Positions 16,031 through 30,586 of a stretch of DNA of 64,000 nt are shown in pieces. A program made the translations under genes and the position numbers. The stretch is taken from assembly GCA_964016885.1 (NCBI GenBank), contig OZ024751.1:1612001-1676000 (forward strand), read 5' to 3'. The DNA is from Eledone cirrhosa (lineage: Eukaryota). A model generated the notes under the pieces. That model searched no databases. It was not told the origin of the DNA and saw nothing but the letters and a program-made list of their open reading frames with translations. Within the stretch, counting starts at the first letter, position 1. Each line of letters opens with the position of its first letter.

Positions 16031-16260
16031 TGCTTCCACCCCCTCACTGACCAGCAGCTGGCTATTGCTAAATCTGACCTTTATAAAATAACCCACACCC
16101 CAAATAACTTCTCATTCACTACCAGAAAGGGACACAGCAGTCAACCTGTTGTTGCTACCTAGATGAAAACTGCTATGAAATCCCACAATGAATTTTATAC
16201 TTGAATTTTCAAGTCTCAAATTTTAACTCTTCGTATTATTAATTTTTCTTAATATTAATC

Positions 16261-16308
16261 AACATTTGAAAAGATGGCTTTTGCAGACCCATCGAAACCG
16301 GTCATTTT
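16261..16308 (+). ncRNA. Minimal hammerhead, U3-A8 variant, stem I with one mismatch
   Basis: AACAT-TTGAAAA-GATGG..CCATC-GAAA-CCGG-TC-ATTTT. Confidence 0.65.
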
Positions 16309-17271
16309 TTATACCCTTTATTATTTCCTTACCTTATAAAATTATGTTTTTTCACAAAAAAGTATTCTGTCTCTTATATATTCCATGTGCCATTACCAAC
16401 CTCAATTTTCTCTATAACCTTCGTTTTGTGTAGAAAATTACACTTTTCATATATATATATATATATATATAATTGGAGGCTTAGTAAAACCGAATCTTTG
16501 GCGGTGTGCAAGTAAATTCGACCTACGATATGAATGAGTTAGCAAAGCACTCGACAAGGGTAGGTCCTTAGAGTAATAGCACGTTTAAATAGCTTGACAA
16601 ATTGAACATTATGGCAGGCAAAATCTAACACACAATACCAAAGTAACGAAAGAACTAACAGGCTGAAAAAATACACCTGGACAAATCAAACGTTATACGT
16701 TTAAAGTGATTCTATGAATTCTAAATCAAATATCAGACTTACGTAACTGGCAAGCTCGTGGTATTCATGATCGAACAGAGGACTCATTTCATTAACAGGA
16801 ATTTCGTTCTACCAAAGAACGGGGCGAACACTAAATGGTGCTGCTGGCAGCAGCGATTCGAACATTTAGTTGTCACGTGTTATTTCCAACAAGGGAAATA
16901 ACCCCCCGGTTTTTGGCGGCTCATTCAAATTGTTAGACAAAGGAAATATTATAATTTCCGCTAACATTCAGAATAAGCACAACCAGATGTTATTAAACAA
17001 ACACATATTTATATAAAGAAAAAAAGATGAAATCGAAAATGCAACTGGAGTCTTATTTTTTTAAAAATATATATATTTATTTGGTTCCTTTACCGGTTTC
17101 GCATTTCTTCTGCCTTTCAAAAATAAAATTGAGATGGAGGGCTTGTGGTTTTTCTCACATCTGGCTGGTCTTTGAATGTTACTTGTTTTATATGGAAAAA
17201 AGTGGCTCGAAACGCCAGGTTTTTAGAGAAGTAATTTGATTGGTTGGTCAATAAGTATAATAAATTTCGCG

Positions 17272-17340
<69 letters not shown>

Positions 17341-17370
17341 GTGTGTGTGTGTATATATGTATGTATATAT

Positions 17371-17682
<312 letters not shown>

Positions 17683-17730
17683 AAAATAAAACAAGGACGA
17701 GTGGTTCTCTTTCATTACGTTTATTGGTTG

Positions 17731-17815
17731 GTGATACGCGTTTTGCCACTGATCAGCTCAAGGTTCGATCTGTATCGATCTAGCCCGACTCTGTAATCCA
17801 CGGCTCGTCAGTCCC
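17731..17815 (-). ncRNA. Decayed hammerhead (GAAA to AAAA) in a pLTR fragment
   Basis: GGGA-CTGACGA-GCC..GGC-AAAA-CGCG-TA-TCAC. Confidence 0.5.
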
Positions 17816-17844
17816 TTTTAGTGGAAATGAAGCAATGATTATTA

Positions 17845-18215
17845 GGACTTGCAACCCCATCAAGTTGGTGAGCAGGGTGATTTTGGACACTCTGCCGGAC
17901 AAAGAACAAAACCTGACAAAGGGCGGAAGAACTCATAAGAGTCAACAGCCATCCAAAAGTGTATAAATATGTATATACACATGTACCGCGTGGTTAAACC
18001 ACTGGGGGTGAAGAACCCTTAGCCTTTGTCAAGGCATTCTTCTAGGAGAAGGCTCAGGAAACTCCGACATAAAACCTGCGGCTCAGTAGTTACCGATGAT
18101 GTTGATCTTTTCTTCTTTTCGGGTTATAGCTACTGTCGCTCAGAGAGTGGGATTGGCTCAGTGCACAGTTTTTCCTCACTTTAAAAAAATATCTTCGCGC
18201 ACAGGCATTGCACAA
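17845..18215 (+). mobile_element. Non-coding interspersed repeat resembling an RTE-LINE 5' UTR; homologue at 29383-29765
   Basis: Shared blocks GCAAC.CCA.CAAG..TTGGTGA..AGGGT, AACAAAAC..AAGGG.GG..GAAC..AGAGT.AAC.GCCATCCAA and TTCTAGGAGAAG..ACTC.GA.ATAAAACCTGCG; RTE assignment is from memory of the CTAGGAGAAGG..AACTC motif. Confidence 0.55.
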
Positions 18216-18570
18216 TAGAATTAATTAATAATTATTAATAATGGTATATCGTGCAATGATTATACTTGATAACGAGAGGGCAGCCATCATATATGTATGT
18301 ATGTATATTCAAACTCCAATGTTTTAACGTTTTCCCTCTCTCCGAACTTTCCATTTCTTGAAGAAAGAATTATGTCTGACACGTCGAAACTTTCATTCAA
18401 TCTTCCTAAGCGTGAAACTAATAACACTTTCAGTTTTTTCGTCTTAGTGTTTGTCTTGTTTTTTCTTGAAATATAAATATACACCCACACACCCACACAC
18501 CCCCACACACACATATATGCATACATATATATACATATATACGTACATATATACATATATACATATATAC

Positions 18571-18605
<35 letters not shown>

Positions 18606-18652
18606 AATATATATAATACATATATATATATGTATATATATGTATGTATTTA

Positions 18653-18849
18653 GAAGAATTTAAAATGTAAGGTCTGACGAAAGGGGGAGGGGGGATTAAA
18701 AGTGAAGAAGGAGAGAAAAAGAAGGAAAGATGGAAGAAAAGAAAGAAAGAAAAAAGAACAACGTCGATGACAAAATGTTTTAAGGAGAGAAATGAACATG
18801 AACAACTAGTAAATTGCTATATATATGTATATATATACATATATATACA

Positions 18850-18881
<32 letters not shown>

Positions 18882-19070
18882 ACAATTTACCAATTGTTCA
18901 TGTTCATTTCTCTCCTTAAAACATTTTGTAATCGACGTTGTTCTTTTTTCCTTCTTTCTTTTCTTCCATCCTTCCTTCTTTTTCTCTCCTTCTTCACTTT
19001 TAATCCCCCTCCCCTTTCGTCAGACCTTACATTTTAAATTCTTCTCTATTGCGTCTGACAGTTTTCCTGC
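18653..19070 (+). mobile_element. Inverted-repeat unit (arms about 18653-18822 and 18878-19045) with microsatellite spacer and short tail
   Basis: About 170-bp arms are reverse complements with a few mismatches. Confidence 0.8.
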
Positions 19071-19519
19071 ATATACATGTGTATGTTTGTATGAGCAAGT
19101 ACTTGTGTGTGTGTTTAGTATGCGTGTGAGTAAGTGCTTATATATATATGTGTGTGTGTATGTGTGTTCGTGTGAATGTGTGTGTGTATGTGAGTGTGTG
19201 CGTGTGAGTGTGAGTGTGTGTGTGTATGTGATTGTGTATGGGTGTGTAGATGTGTGAGTATGTGTTCGTGTATGTGTACGTGTGTGTGTGTGTGTGTGTG
19301 TGTACGTGTGCGTATGCATGTGTATGTGTGTAAGCATATGTTTATATGGGTGGTGGTGCGCGTGTGTAGGTGAATGTCATATTTTAATGTCGATGCAATA
19401 ACGGGAACAACAACTATTCAATGTTTAAGGGAGACACAACTTACTGCCTCTGAAAATATCTCGACTTCTATCACATTCATAAAAAAACTATCTTTATGTG
19501 ACGTTACAGTTGCTTTTGC

Positions 19520-19820
19520 TGCTGTTGTTGTTGTTGATGGTGGTGGAGGTGGTGTTGGTGGCGGCGGCGTTGGTGGTGTTGGTGGTGGTGGTGGCGGTGG
19601 TGGTGGCGGCGGTTGTGTTGGTGGTAGTGGTGGTGGTGGTGGTGGTGTTGATGGTGGTGGCGGTGGTGGTGGTGGTGGTGGCGATGGTGGTGGTGTTCGT
19701 GTTCGTGATGTTTGTAGTGGTGGTTTTTAGTGTTGCTACATATATATCGATTTTTATTGTAAACCGAGCAAGAGAGGTGGTGGTGGTGGTGGGGGAAGTG
19801 GGGGGGGGGGGGGGGGGGCA
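19520..19820. repeat. (GGT)n-type low-complexity tract, Pro/Thr-rich on the minus strand, followed by poly-G
   Basis: Direct reading. Confidence 0.8.
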
Positions 19821-20045
19821 GCTTAGTGGCTGGGCCATAAAAATATATTGACCTGTAAAACAAGATTTCACTGCATGAAATCCAGGTTTTAATTTTAGAT
19901 AAATCTGTCAGTCTGCCTGCATGAGGGAAACTAATACATGTGGACTATTGTATCAGGGTGGACCCTGTGTAGCTTACGAACATGGCTGTTTATATACTCA
20001 TTGGTGGGAAGCCTCAGCACCATGTTATTCATTGTTTATATATAT

Positions 20046-20134
<89 letters not shown>

Positions 20135-20392
20135 TATATATATGTGTGCATGTATCTATATATATATATACATACTACTGTACGTCTGTATACATATATG
20201 TATGTACGTGTACATACTTAGATTTAAGTAACAGCCGTACTAAGAGTGGGAAATGAAATTTCATTTCATTTTTTCCGTTTACCGTTTTCGGTGCACCCGG
20301 CCGATTAACCCACTCGATATGCAAATTGGGCTACTCAGCCGTTAATATGCATAAGGTAAGTCTATACGTTCAACAATCTGGCAGGAAGGTAT

Positions 20393-20435
20393 ACGTTGCT
20401 GACGATAGCTAATAAGCTTGAAACTAGTACAGCGT
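20393..20435 (+). ncRNA. Canonical minimal type I hammerhead ribozyme (43 nt)
   Basis: ACGTTG-CTGACGA-T-AGCT-AATA-AGCT-T-GAAA-CTAG-TA-CAGCGT. Confidence 0.85.
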
Positions 20436-20638
20436 TCCTTTGTCAGTGTTGAACAAACGAGCAACGATGGTTGCTAGACACTACGGCTTAATACGGGATG
20501 TTTGTTTACAAACACACCGAGCATTATAATAAATGTTCGGTGAATCCATACGTACATATATATATGTGTGCATGTATGTATATATATATATACATACTAC
20601 TGTACGTCTGTATACATATATGTATGTACGTGTATATA

Positions 20639-22741
<2,103 letters not shown>

Positions 22742-22862
22742 GGAGGTGAGTTTTATTGTAGTACAATAAAGCAATGCAGATATCGGATAAGAAGCACTCT
22801 ACAGTTTGTGGGACTGGAGTATGCATAATATAAGATCAAAAGATGGTTAAAGGAGTTCCATA

Positions 22863-22933
22863 TATTTTATTATGCGCATTTCAAAAACAAACATCATCAA
22901 ACAATAATATTTGTGTTTTCATCAGATAAAACA
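22863..22933 (-). ncRNA. Minimal type I hammerhead (family B)
   Basis: Reverse complement of 28862-28932. Confidence 0.85.
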
Positions 22934-24127
22934 GGAGAACATGATATGAAGGCTAAAAAACACTTGTTGATAGTGCAGTTTTAAATCAACATATGAAAAG
23001 TGGTTTTAGATTGATGTGTGATATTGGGAAAAATATTTTATTTAGAGAGGGGGGGAGAAAAGGATGAAAAGGGAAGGAGATGAGAGGGAGAGATGGGTGA
23101 TAGAGAGAAAGAGATAGTTTTTATAACTGAGAGGAGATATATTTTATATAGAGGGGTTGAAAACCGTTGGAAGATACTGTATAAATTAAAAATTTTGAAA
23201 ATTAACGAAGGGAGGATATGTGCGAGGAAAAAATATTTTATTTAGGGAGGGGGGTGGAAAGGATGAAAAAAAGGGGAGGAGATGAGAGTGAAGGTGGAAA
23301 GGGAGAGATGGGTGATAGAGAGAAAGAGATAGTTTTTATAACTGAGAAAAAGATATAATGTTTTAATATAGAGAGGTTGGGAACCGTTGGAAGATAATGT
23401 ATAAATTAAAGGAATTTACGAAGGGAAATTATGTATGAAGATAGAGAGAAAAAAATAATAATTGTGGGTGAATATTCTAACGTCAAAAGAAGAAATGTAT
23501 GTATTGTGGGAATTTCAAAATTAGCAAAGTGAAAAATGTTAAGGTTTATGTGTAGAAGGATTTGAGAAAAATAATGTGAAGTTAAAGTTTGTATATTGAA
23601 TTCATATGTATTAATAATGAGTTCGTTGATGGGGAGAAAAAAATAATAATAAATTAAGGATGAAATTGAGATTAAAAAGATTTATGATAGAGAGAAAAAA
23701 TAATAATGATTGCGGATGAATACTCAAAATGTCAAAAACAAATGTTATTGTTTTACGAGAAGATAGAATGAGGGTAATGAGTAAACGAGTATTATAGAGT
23801 GTATAATGCCCTTTAAAGTAAGGTAGATGGGTATATTTTAAAGAATATATGAGTATATATTAAAAAAAATATAATAATAAATTAAGGATGAAATTGAGAT
23901 TAAAAAGATTTATGATAGAGAGAAAGAATAATAATGATTGCGGATGAATATTCAAAATGTCAAAAACAAATGTTATTGTTTTACGAGAAGATAGAATGAG
24001 GGTAATGAGTAAACGAGTATTATAGAGTGTATAATTCCCTTTAAAGTAAGGTAGATGGGTATATTTTAAAGAGGTGTATGTATATGTGCCTTTGAGAAAA
24101 GATTCTAAATTGATAAAGAATTGAATA

Positions 24128-26382
24128 TTAACTGTATACTTTGTGAAAAGTTCTATGGAATTTATGCAGGCAGATAGAAAACAAATCTGAGCGTCTATTT
24201 ATTATGGATTCTAGGTTAGAGATAATGGTAAATTTTTCATTTAGGCAGAGATTACAGATTTTAGATAGAGAGCTGTTCAAGTATGAGGATGCAGAAGAAA
24301 TCTTTTTCCAAAAGATGTTATATTTAATGTTTTTGTCTTTTAAGGACCATATGAGTTCTGAGAGAGCAGTGTTAGTTCTTTTAAGTTTGTATTTGAAAGA
24401 TGAATGATGATTATAGAGACGAGCTTTAAAAGAGGTGGAAGTGGAGCCAAAATAGGTGAAGGAATTGGTGCTAGTTATAATTTTACATTCATAAATTAAG
24501 TTTTTATCGAGGCAATGGTTGTTGAGAGGACATTTATTTTTAATGCGGCAGTTGCAATTAGAGAGATTATTAATGAGTGATCTAGTGTTATCTATAGAAG
24601 GAATTGGATTGGAGAAGTTGTTTGCGATAGGAATAATAGGAATAATAGTTTCTTGATTTAGAGTTGGATTATGAACATTTAGCGAAGTTGTGTTTGACGT
24701 TGCATTTGGGTTTACAGAAGTTAGCCTAGGGTTTACAATGACGTCAGGAGTACTATTACTGTTATTATGAAATTCAATATTGGAAGGAAGAGATTTAGTA
24801 TTTAATATTTTGTTGTTGTGTTTAGAGATGATGTTGGAAATATTGGAGGATGTAGAATACGAAAATTTGATGGTGTGTTTGTTAAATATTTTACTATAGA
24901 TATGTGAGGGAGGGAAGCATTTATTTAAGGCACTAAAAAATAATTTAGGAATATTGTTATTAATAGAGATGGAGAAAGGAGCATTATACCAGATTATGTT
25001 TTTGTATCTAGGTCTTTTATTAAAATTATTGGAATGGTTATGATTAAATATTCTACTGTAAGTTTTCCTAGAATTTGTTTCTTTATTATATTTGATTTTA
25101 TCTGGATAGCCGGCTTTAGAAAGTGCGTTATTATAGTAATTGGCGTTAGCATCAAAGATGTTTTTATTAGAAGATATGTTAGATATTCTATTTCCAATAT
25201 TATTAACTATAGCATTCTTGATATTGGTAGGATGGTTAGATTTAAAGTTAACATAATTAAGATTCTCATTGTTTTTATGGTAAAGAGGATAGTAAAGAGT
25301 CCATCGTCACGATAAATTCCACCGCGAAGTTGAGGAATTTTCCGACTCAAAGAGTTCAAAATGAAGATACCAATTAAATCAGTCAATTGGGATGAATCGG
25401 ATGCTCCCATTGTGATGTCGAAGTTGTTAGAGGTATCGGCTCTGGTCCAATATTCGTTGTTGAACTCTAGGATGGTTTTACGTGCGGTGAGGATGATGTG
25501 AAGTTCATCTGTGGTGATGTCAGAATATTTAAGTGCGAAAGATAGAGCATTATTGAGAAGTGAAGGCGAAATGGAGGAATAGTAGCTGGCAATATCGAAT
25601 TGAATAAATTTTAGTTTGTTTTTATTATCCAATTTGTTGAACCAGCCAATCACTTCAGAAGTACCAAACCATAAAATTAGGTTTAAAGAAGAGCAATTAG
25701 AACTAACCTGTGGGATAATCCTATCCAAGATGGCTTTACTAACAACCCCCAGATCAGATTTAGAGGGGGCGATTAATCTAACAGGTACTTAAGTGCGAAA
25801 ATTGTTTTTGTGATCCTTGAGATTTATCCTCGAAGTTCTTGGGAGGAATGGTTCGGTCTTTTTTTCAATGCCAAGTTTTGACATAATCTCATAGGCTTCA
25901 AGGTTTATGCATTCTAAATTTTCATGGTTGGTTTTACGATACTTTTTCCTAAGTTCCTTTAGGATAAGGTTGTTATAATTATCCTTGGAAATACCATATA
26001 GGTTATTGGTTTTGTCAGAGTGGACTAAAACATTTTTTGAGGAATTTAGGTTAGAGATTGTGTTCTTGAGATTTACAAGGTGCTCTTGTCCTTTGTACGG
26101 GTATCTCTTGAATTTAAGATTTTTTATAATTTTAGTTAATTCTTCCTCGAATTGTGCTAGATTTTTGTTGGAAGGAGGATTTCGTCTAGAATTAAAAAGA
26201 TGATCGAGGAAGTTGTGTTCTTTGGTATGAAAGTTCCCTTTTAGGCGCTGGTCATAGAAATAGGCTGTCCATCTAAGTCTTCTTACGAAGGAGTCAGTTT
26301 TTTCAATAAGAAGTTTGGTGAATTCAGATTTACCAGGTATAGGAATGTCTTTAGTTGAATTGGTTATGTTGTAATAATCCAT
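24128..26382 (-). pseudogene. PLE polyprotein (N-terminus, reverse transcriptase, thumb, CxCx5Cx5C linker, GIY-YIG), disrupted
   Basis: ATG at 26382 (MDYYNITNSTKDIPIP..LLIEK..FVRRLRW.AYF); SDKTNNLY; QFDIASYYSSI; ITMGASDSSQLTDL; GGIYRDDGL; in-frame TAA at 25789-25791; about 150-bp frameshifting deletion at about 25285 relative to the paralogue at 30860-31020. Confidence 0.9.
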
Positions 26383-26470
26383 GTTGTAGAAGAAGAGGTG
26401 AAGGACCATCAAAAGGTATCCAATATGAGAGTAAGCGCTCAACCGTTAAGGAGCAAGTTAATGTATCTGG

Positions 26471-27666
26471 TGGATGTATCTCTTAATCTTGACACTGGCC
26501 TATATTACCCTTACCATAAAAACAATGAGAATCTTAATTATGTTAACTTTAAATCTAACCATCCTACCAATATCAAGAATGCTATAGTTAATAATATTGG
26601 AAATAGAATATCTAACATATCTTCTAATAAAAACATCTTTGATGCTAACGCCAATTACTATAATAACGCACTTTCTAAAGCCGGCTATCCAGATAAAATC
26701 AAATATAATAAAGAAACAAATTCTAGGAAAACTTACAGTAGAATATTTAATCATAACCATTCCAATAATTTTAATAAAAGACCTAGATACAAAAACATAA
26801 TCTGGTATAATGCTCCTTTCTCCATCTCTATTAATAACAATATTCCTAAATTATTTTTTAGTGCCTTAAATAAATGCTTCCCTCCCTCACATATCTATAG
26901 TAAAATATTTAACAAACACACCATCAAATTTTCGTATTCTACATCCTCCAATATTTCCAACATCATCTCTAAACACAACAACAAAATATTAAATACTAAA
27001 TCTCTTCCTTCCAATATTGAATTTCATAATAACAGTAATAGTACTCCTGACGTCATTGTAAACCCTAGGCTAACTTCTGTAAACCCAAATGCAATGTCAA
27101 ACACAACTTCGCTAAATGTTCATAATCCAACTCTAAATCAAGAAACTATTATTCCTATTATTCCTATCGCAAACAACTTCTCCAATCCAATTCCTTCTAT
27201 AGATAACACTAGATCACTCATTAATAATCTCTCTAATTGCAACTGCCGCATTAAAAATAAATGTCCTCTCAACAACCATTGCCTCGATAAAAACTTAATT
27301 TATGAATGTAAAATTATAACTAGCACCAATTCCTTCACCTATTTTGGCTCCACTTCCACCTCTTTTAAAGCTCGTCTCTATAATCATCATTCATCTTTCA
27401 AATACAAACTTAAAAGAACTAACACTGCTCTCTCAGAACTCATATGGTCCTTAAAAGACAAAAACATTAAATATAACATCTTTTGGAAAAAGATTTCTTC
27501 TGCATCCTCATACTTGAACAGCTCTCTATCTAAAATCTGTAATCTCTGCTTAAATGAAAAATTTACCATTATCTCTAACCTAGAATCCATAATAAATAGA
27601 CGCTCAGATTTGTTTTCTATCTGCCTGCATAAATTCCATAGAACTTTTCACAAAGTATACAGTTAA
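26471..27666 (+). CDS. 5'-truncated PLE ORF: RT thumb, Asn/Ser-rich linker and GIY-YIG endonuclease (the first 25 codons of the ORF call from 26398 are junction-derived)
   Basis: DVSLNLDTGLYYPYHK..YVNFKSNHP; IIWYNAPFS; CNCRIKNKCPLNNHC; LIYEC..YFGST..FKARLYNH; LSELIWSLK; CNLCLNEK; N.R..CLH. Confidence 0.9.
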
Positions 27667-27722
27667 TATTCAATTCTTTATCAATTTAGAATCTTTTCTC
27701 AAAGGCACATATACATACACCT

Positions 27723-28765
27723 CTTTAAAATATACCCATCTACCTTACTTTAAAGGGAATTATACACTCTATAATACTCGTTTACTCATTACCCTCATTC
27801 TATCTTCTCGTAAAACAATAACATTTGTTTTTGACATTTTGAATATTCATCCGCAATCATTATTATTCTTTCTCTCTATCATAAATCTTTTTAATCTCAA
27901 TTTCATCCTTAATTTATTATTATATTTTTTTTAATATATACTCATATATTCTTTAAAATATACCCATCTACCTTACTTTAAAGGGCATTATACACTCTAT
28001 AATACTCGTTTACTCATTACCCTCATTCTATCTTCTCGTAAAACAATAACATTTGTTTTTGACATTTTGAGTATTCATCCGCAATCATTATTATTTTTTC
28101 TCTCTATCATAAATCTTTTTAATCTCAATTTCATCCTTAATTTATTATTATTTTTTTCTCCCCATCAACGAACTCATTATTAATACATATGAATTCAATA
28201 TACAAACTTTAACTTCACATTATTTTTCTCAAATCCTTCTACACATAAACCTTAACATTTTTCTCTTTGCTAATTTTGAAATTCCCACAATACATACATT
28301 TCTTCTTTTGACGTTAGAATATTCACCCACAATTATTATTTTTTTCTCTCTATCTTCATACATAATTTCCCTTCGTAAATTCCTTTAATTTATACATTAT
28401 CTTCCAACGGTTCCCAACCTCTCTATATTAAAACATTATATCTTTTTCTCAGTTATAAAAACTATCTCTTTCTCTCTATCACCCATCTCTCCCTTTCCAC
28501 CTTCACTCTCATCTCCTCCCCTTTTTTTCATCCTTTCCACCCCCCTCCCTAAATAAAATATTTTTTCCTCGCACATATCCTCCCTTCGTTAATTTTCAAA
28601 ATTTTTAATTTATACAGTATCTTCCAACGGTTTTCAACCCCTCTATATAAAATATATCTCCTCTCAGTTATAAAAACTATCTCTTTCTCTCTATCACCCA
28701 TCTCTCCCTCTCATCTCCTTCCCTTTTCATCCTTTTCTCCCCCCCCTCTCTAAATAAAATATTTT
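27723..28765 (+). repeat. Two internal tandem duplications (about 230-bp period) in the family B 3' UTR, mirrored at about 23030-24070
   Basis: CTTTAAAATATACCCATC starts at 27723 and 27951; TTAATTTATACA.TATCTTCCAACGG at about 28385 and 28605. Confidence 0.85.
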
Positions 28766-28861
28766 TCCCAATATCACACATCAATCTAAAACCACTTTTC
28801 ATATGTTGATTTAAAACTGCACTATCAACAAGTGTTTTTTAGCCTTCATATCATGTTCTCC

Positions 28862-28932
28862 TGTTTTATCTGATGAAAACACAAATATTATTGTTTGATG
28901 ATGTTTGTTTTTGAAATGCGCATAATAAAATA
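28862..28932 (+). ncRNA. Minimal type I hammerhead (family B)
   Basis: TGTTTTAT-CTGATGA-(AAACACAAATATTA/TGATGTTTGTTTTT stem II)-GAAA-TGCGCA-TA-ATAAAATA. Confidence 0.85.
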
Positions 28933-28979
28933 TATGGAACTCCTTTAACTATCTTTTGATCTTATATTATATATATATA

Positions 28980-29323
28980 TATAATATAAGATCAAAAGAT
29001 GGTTAAAAGAGTTCCCTGTATTTTATTAAGCGCATTTCAAAAACAAATATCATCATGAGATGACACTTGCGTTTTCGTCAGATAAAATAGGTATACATGA
29101 TATGAAGGTTAAAAGACACTTGTGAATAGTGAAGTTTTAAATCAACGAAAACGCAAGTGTCATCTCATGATGATATTTGTTTTTGAAATGCGCATAATAA
29201 AATATATGGAACTCTTTTAACCATCTTTTGATCTTATATTATTTATACTCCAATCCTACAAACTGTAGAGTGTTACTTATCCGATATCTGCATTGCTTTA
29301 TTGTACTACAATAAAACTCACCT

Positions 29324-29327
<4 letters not shown>
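28980..29327 (+). mobile_element. Small inverted family B pLTR unit with tail; HHR at 29019-29089 (minus) with a stem III mismatch
   Basis: Inverted arms; tail 29243-29327 homologous to the reverse complement of 22738-22824. Confidence 0.85.
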
Positions 29328-29382
<55 letters not shown>

Positions 29383-29385
<3 letters not shown>

Positions 29386-29765
29386 CGATTTCGCGCAATG
29401 CTATCGCTTCTTACTTAAGCATGAGCATCGAATGAATTTGATCCAAAAGTAGAACGGGTCTACATCATTGGATACAAACTAAGTCGCAGGTTTTATATCA
29501 GAGTGATCTTCTCCTAGAAAGATGTGTTAATGAAGACAAGGAGTCTCTCGCTCCACAAAAAAAAAAACTTTATTGGATGGCCGTTAACTCTCCTGCGTTC
29601 CGCCACCCTTCGATGAGTTTTGTTGTTCATCCCATAGGGTGTTCAAATTGACCCTCATCACCAAGCTAGCTTGGTGGAGTTGCCGGTTTCGTCCCCGACG
29701 GCCCGACCATGTAAAGGTTGTACTGGGTTACATGTTACCAATAGCGCTGACGAGCAACCTGACAT
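29383..29765 (-). mobile_element. Second copy of the RTE 5' UTR-like non-coding repeat
   Basis: Homology blocks with 17845-18215; (TA)n flanks. Confidence 0.55.
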
Positions 29766-29883
29766 AATATATATATATAGCTGTTGAACGGCCGAATCCT
29801 TCATAATACCACAGTCTATTACCCCAAGTATCGAGTACTCTGGTGAGTAATGGGCTAACTGGTTTTTACTGCATCCATTCCGA

Positions 29884-29932
<49 letters not shown>

Positions 29933-29978
29933 ATATATATAAAAGAAGAAATTAAAAGATGGTTAAAGAAGTTCCATA

Positions 29979-30048
29979 TATTTTATTATGCGCATTTCGA
30001 AAACAACATTATCCTGGGACAAAAATTGTGTTCTCATCAGATAAAATA
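29979..30048 (-). ncRNA. Minimal type I hammerhead (partner copy at 32955-33024 has GAAA to AAAA)
   Basis: TATTTTAT-CTGATGA-GA..TC-GAAA-TGCGCA-TA-ATAAAATA. Confidence 0.8.
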
Positions 30049-30201
30049 AGGTAACATGATATGAGGCCTAAAAATACTTATCAACAAGAAAGTGTTCAGT
30101 CTACTTATGACAGAAACATAAGAGTAAGAAAAAGATAGGAAAATAGAAGTAAAGGAAAGAAGGAGAAAAAGGAAAAAAAAAGAAGAGAGGAAAAAAGGAA
30201 A

Positions 30202-30279
<78 letters not shown>

Positions 30280-30586
30280 GGAGAGACGGAGAGAGAGAGA
30301 CTTTTGATCAGGAATGCTGTCAAAATGAAAACAGCTGTAAATAACGGCTAAAAAGTAAATTGATGAGGTGTATGTGCGAATAATATAGAGGTCTAAAATA
30401 TAGAAACTGAGTATATTATTTTATATTGGGTTTAAATACTAAAAATTGGATTAAGAAGTGTAAAAATGTATTAATAAAATAAAATAAAATTAAATTAAAA
30501 TAAGTATTAAAAAGTCGGTCAGTTGAGCTGAGTCCGACGAACCCATGGTGATATCGAAATTGTTGGAAGTATCCGCTCTTCGTTTT

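Noticed and set aside
16471-17272. Possible highly decayed GIY-YIG PLE end
   Set aside because: Only faint motif echoes with many stops; cannot be supported without a profile search
25789-25791. Selenocysteine or programmed readthrough in the PLE ORF
   Set aside because: The codon is TAA, not TGA; a single AAA to TAA change explains it, and the copy also has a frameshifting deletion
22825-28970. DNA transposon or Polinton with long terminal inverted repeats
   Set aside because: The arms contain coding sequence of the same RT-EN ORF, there is a one-sided tail, and there is no transposase or target-site duplication; this is the known PLE inverted arrangement
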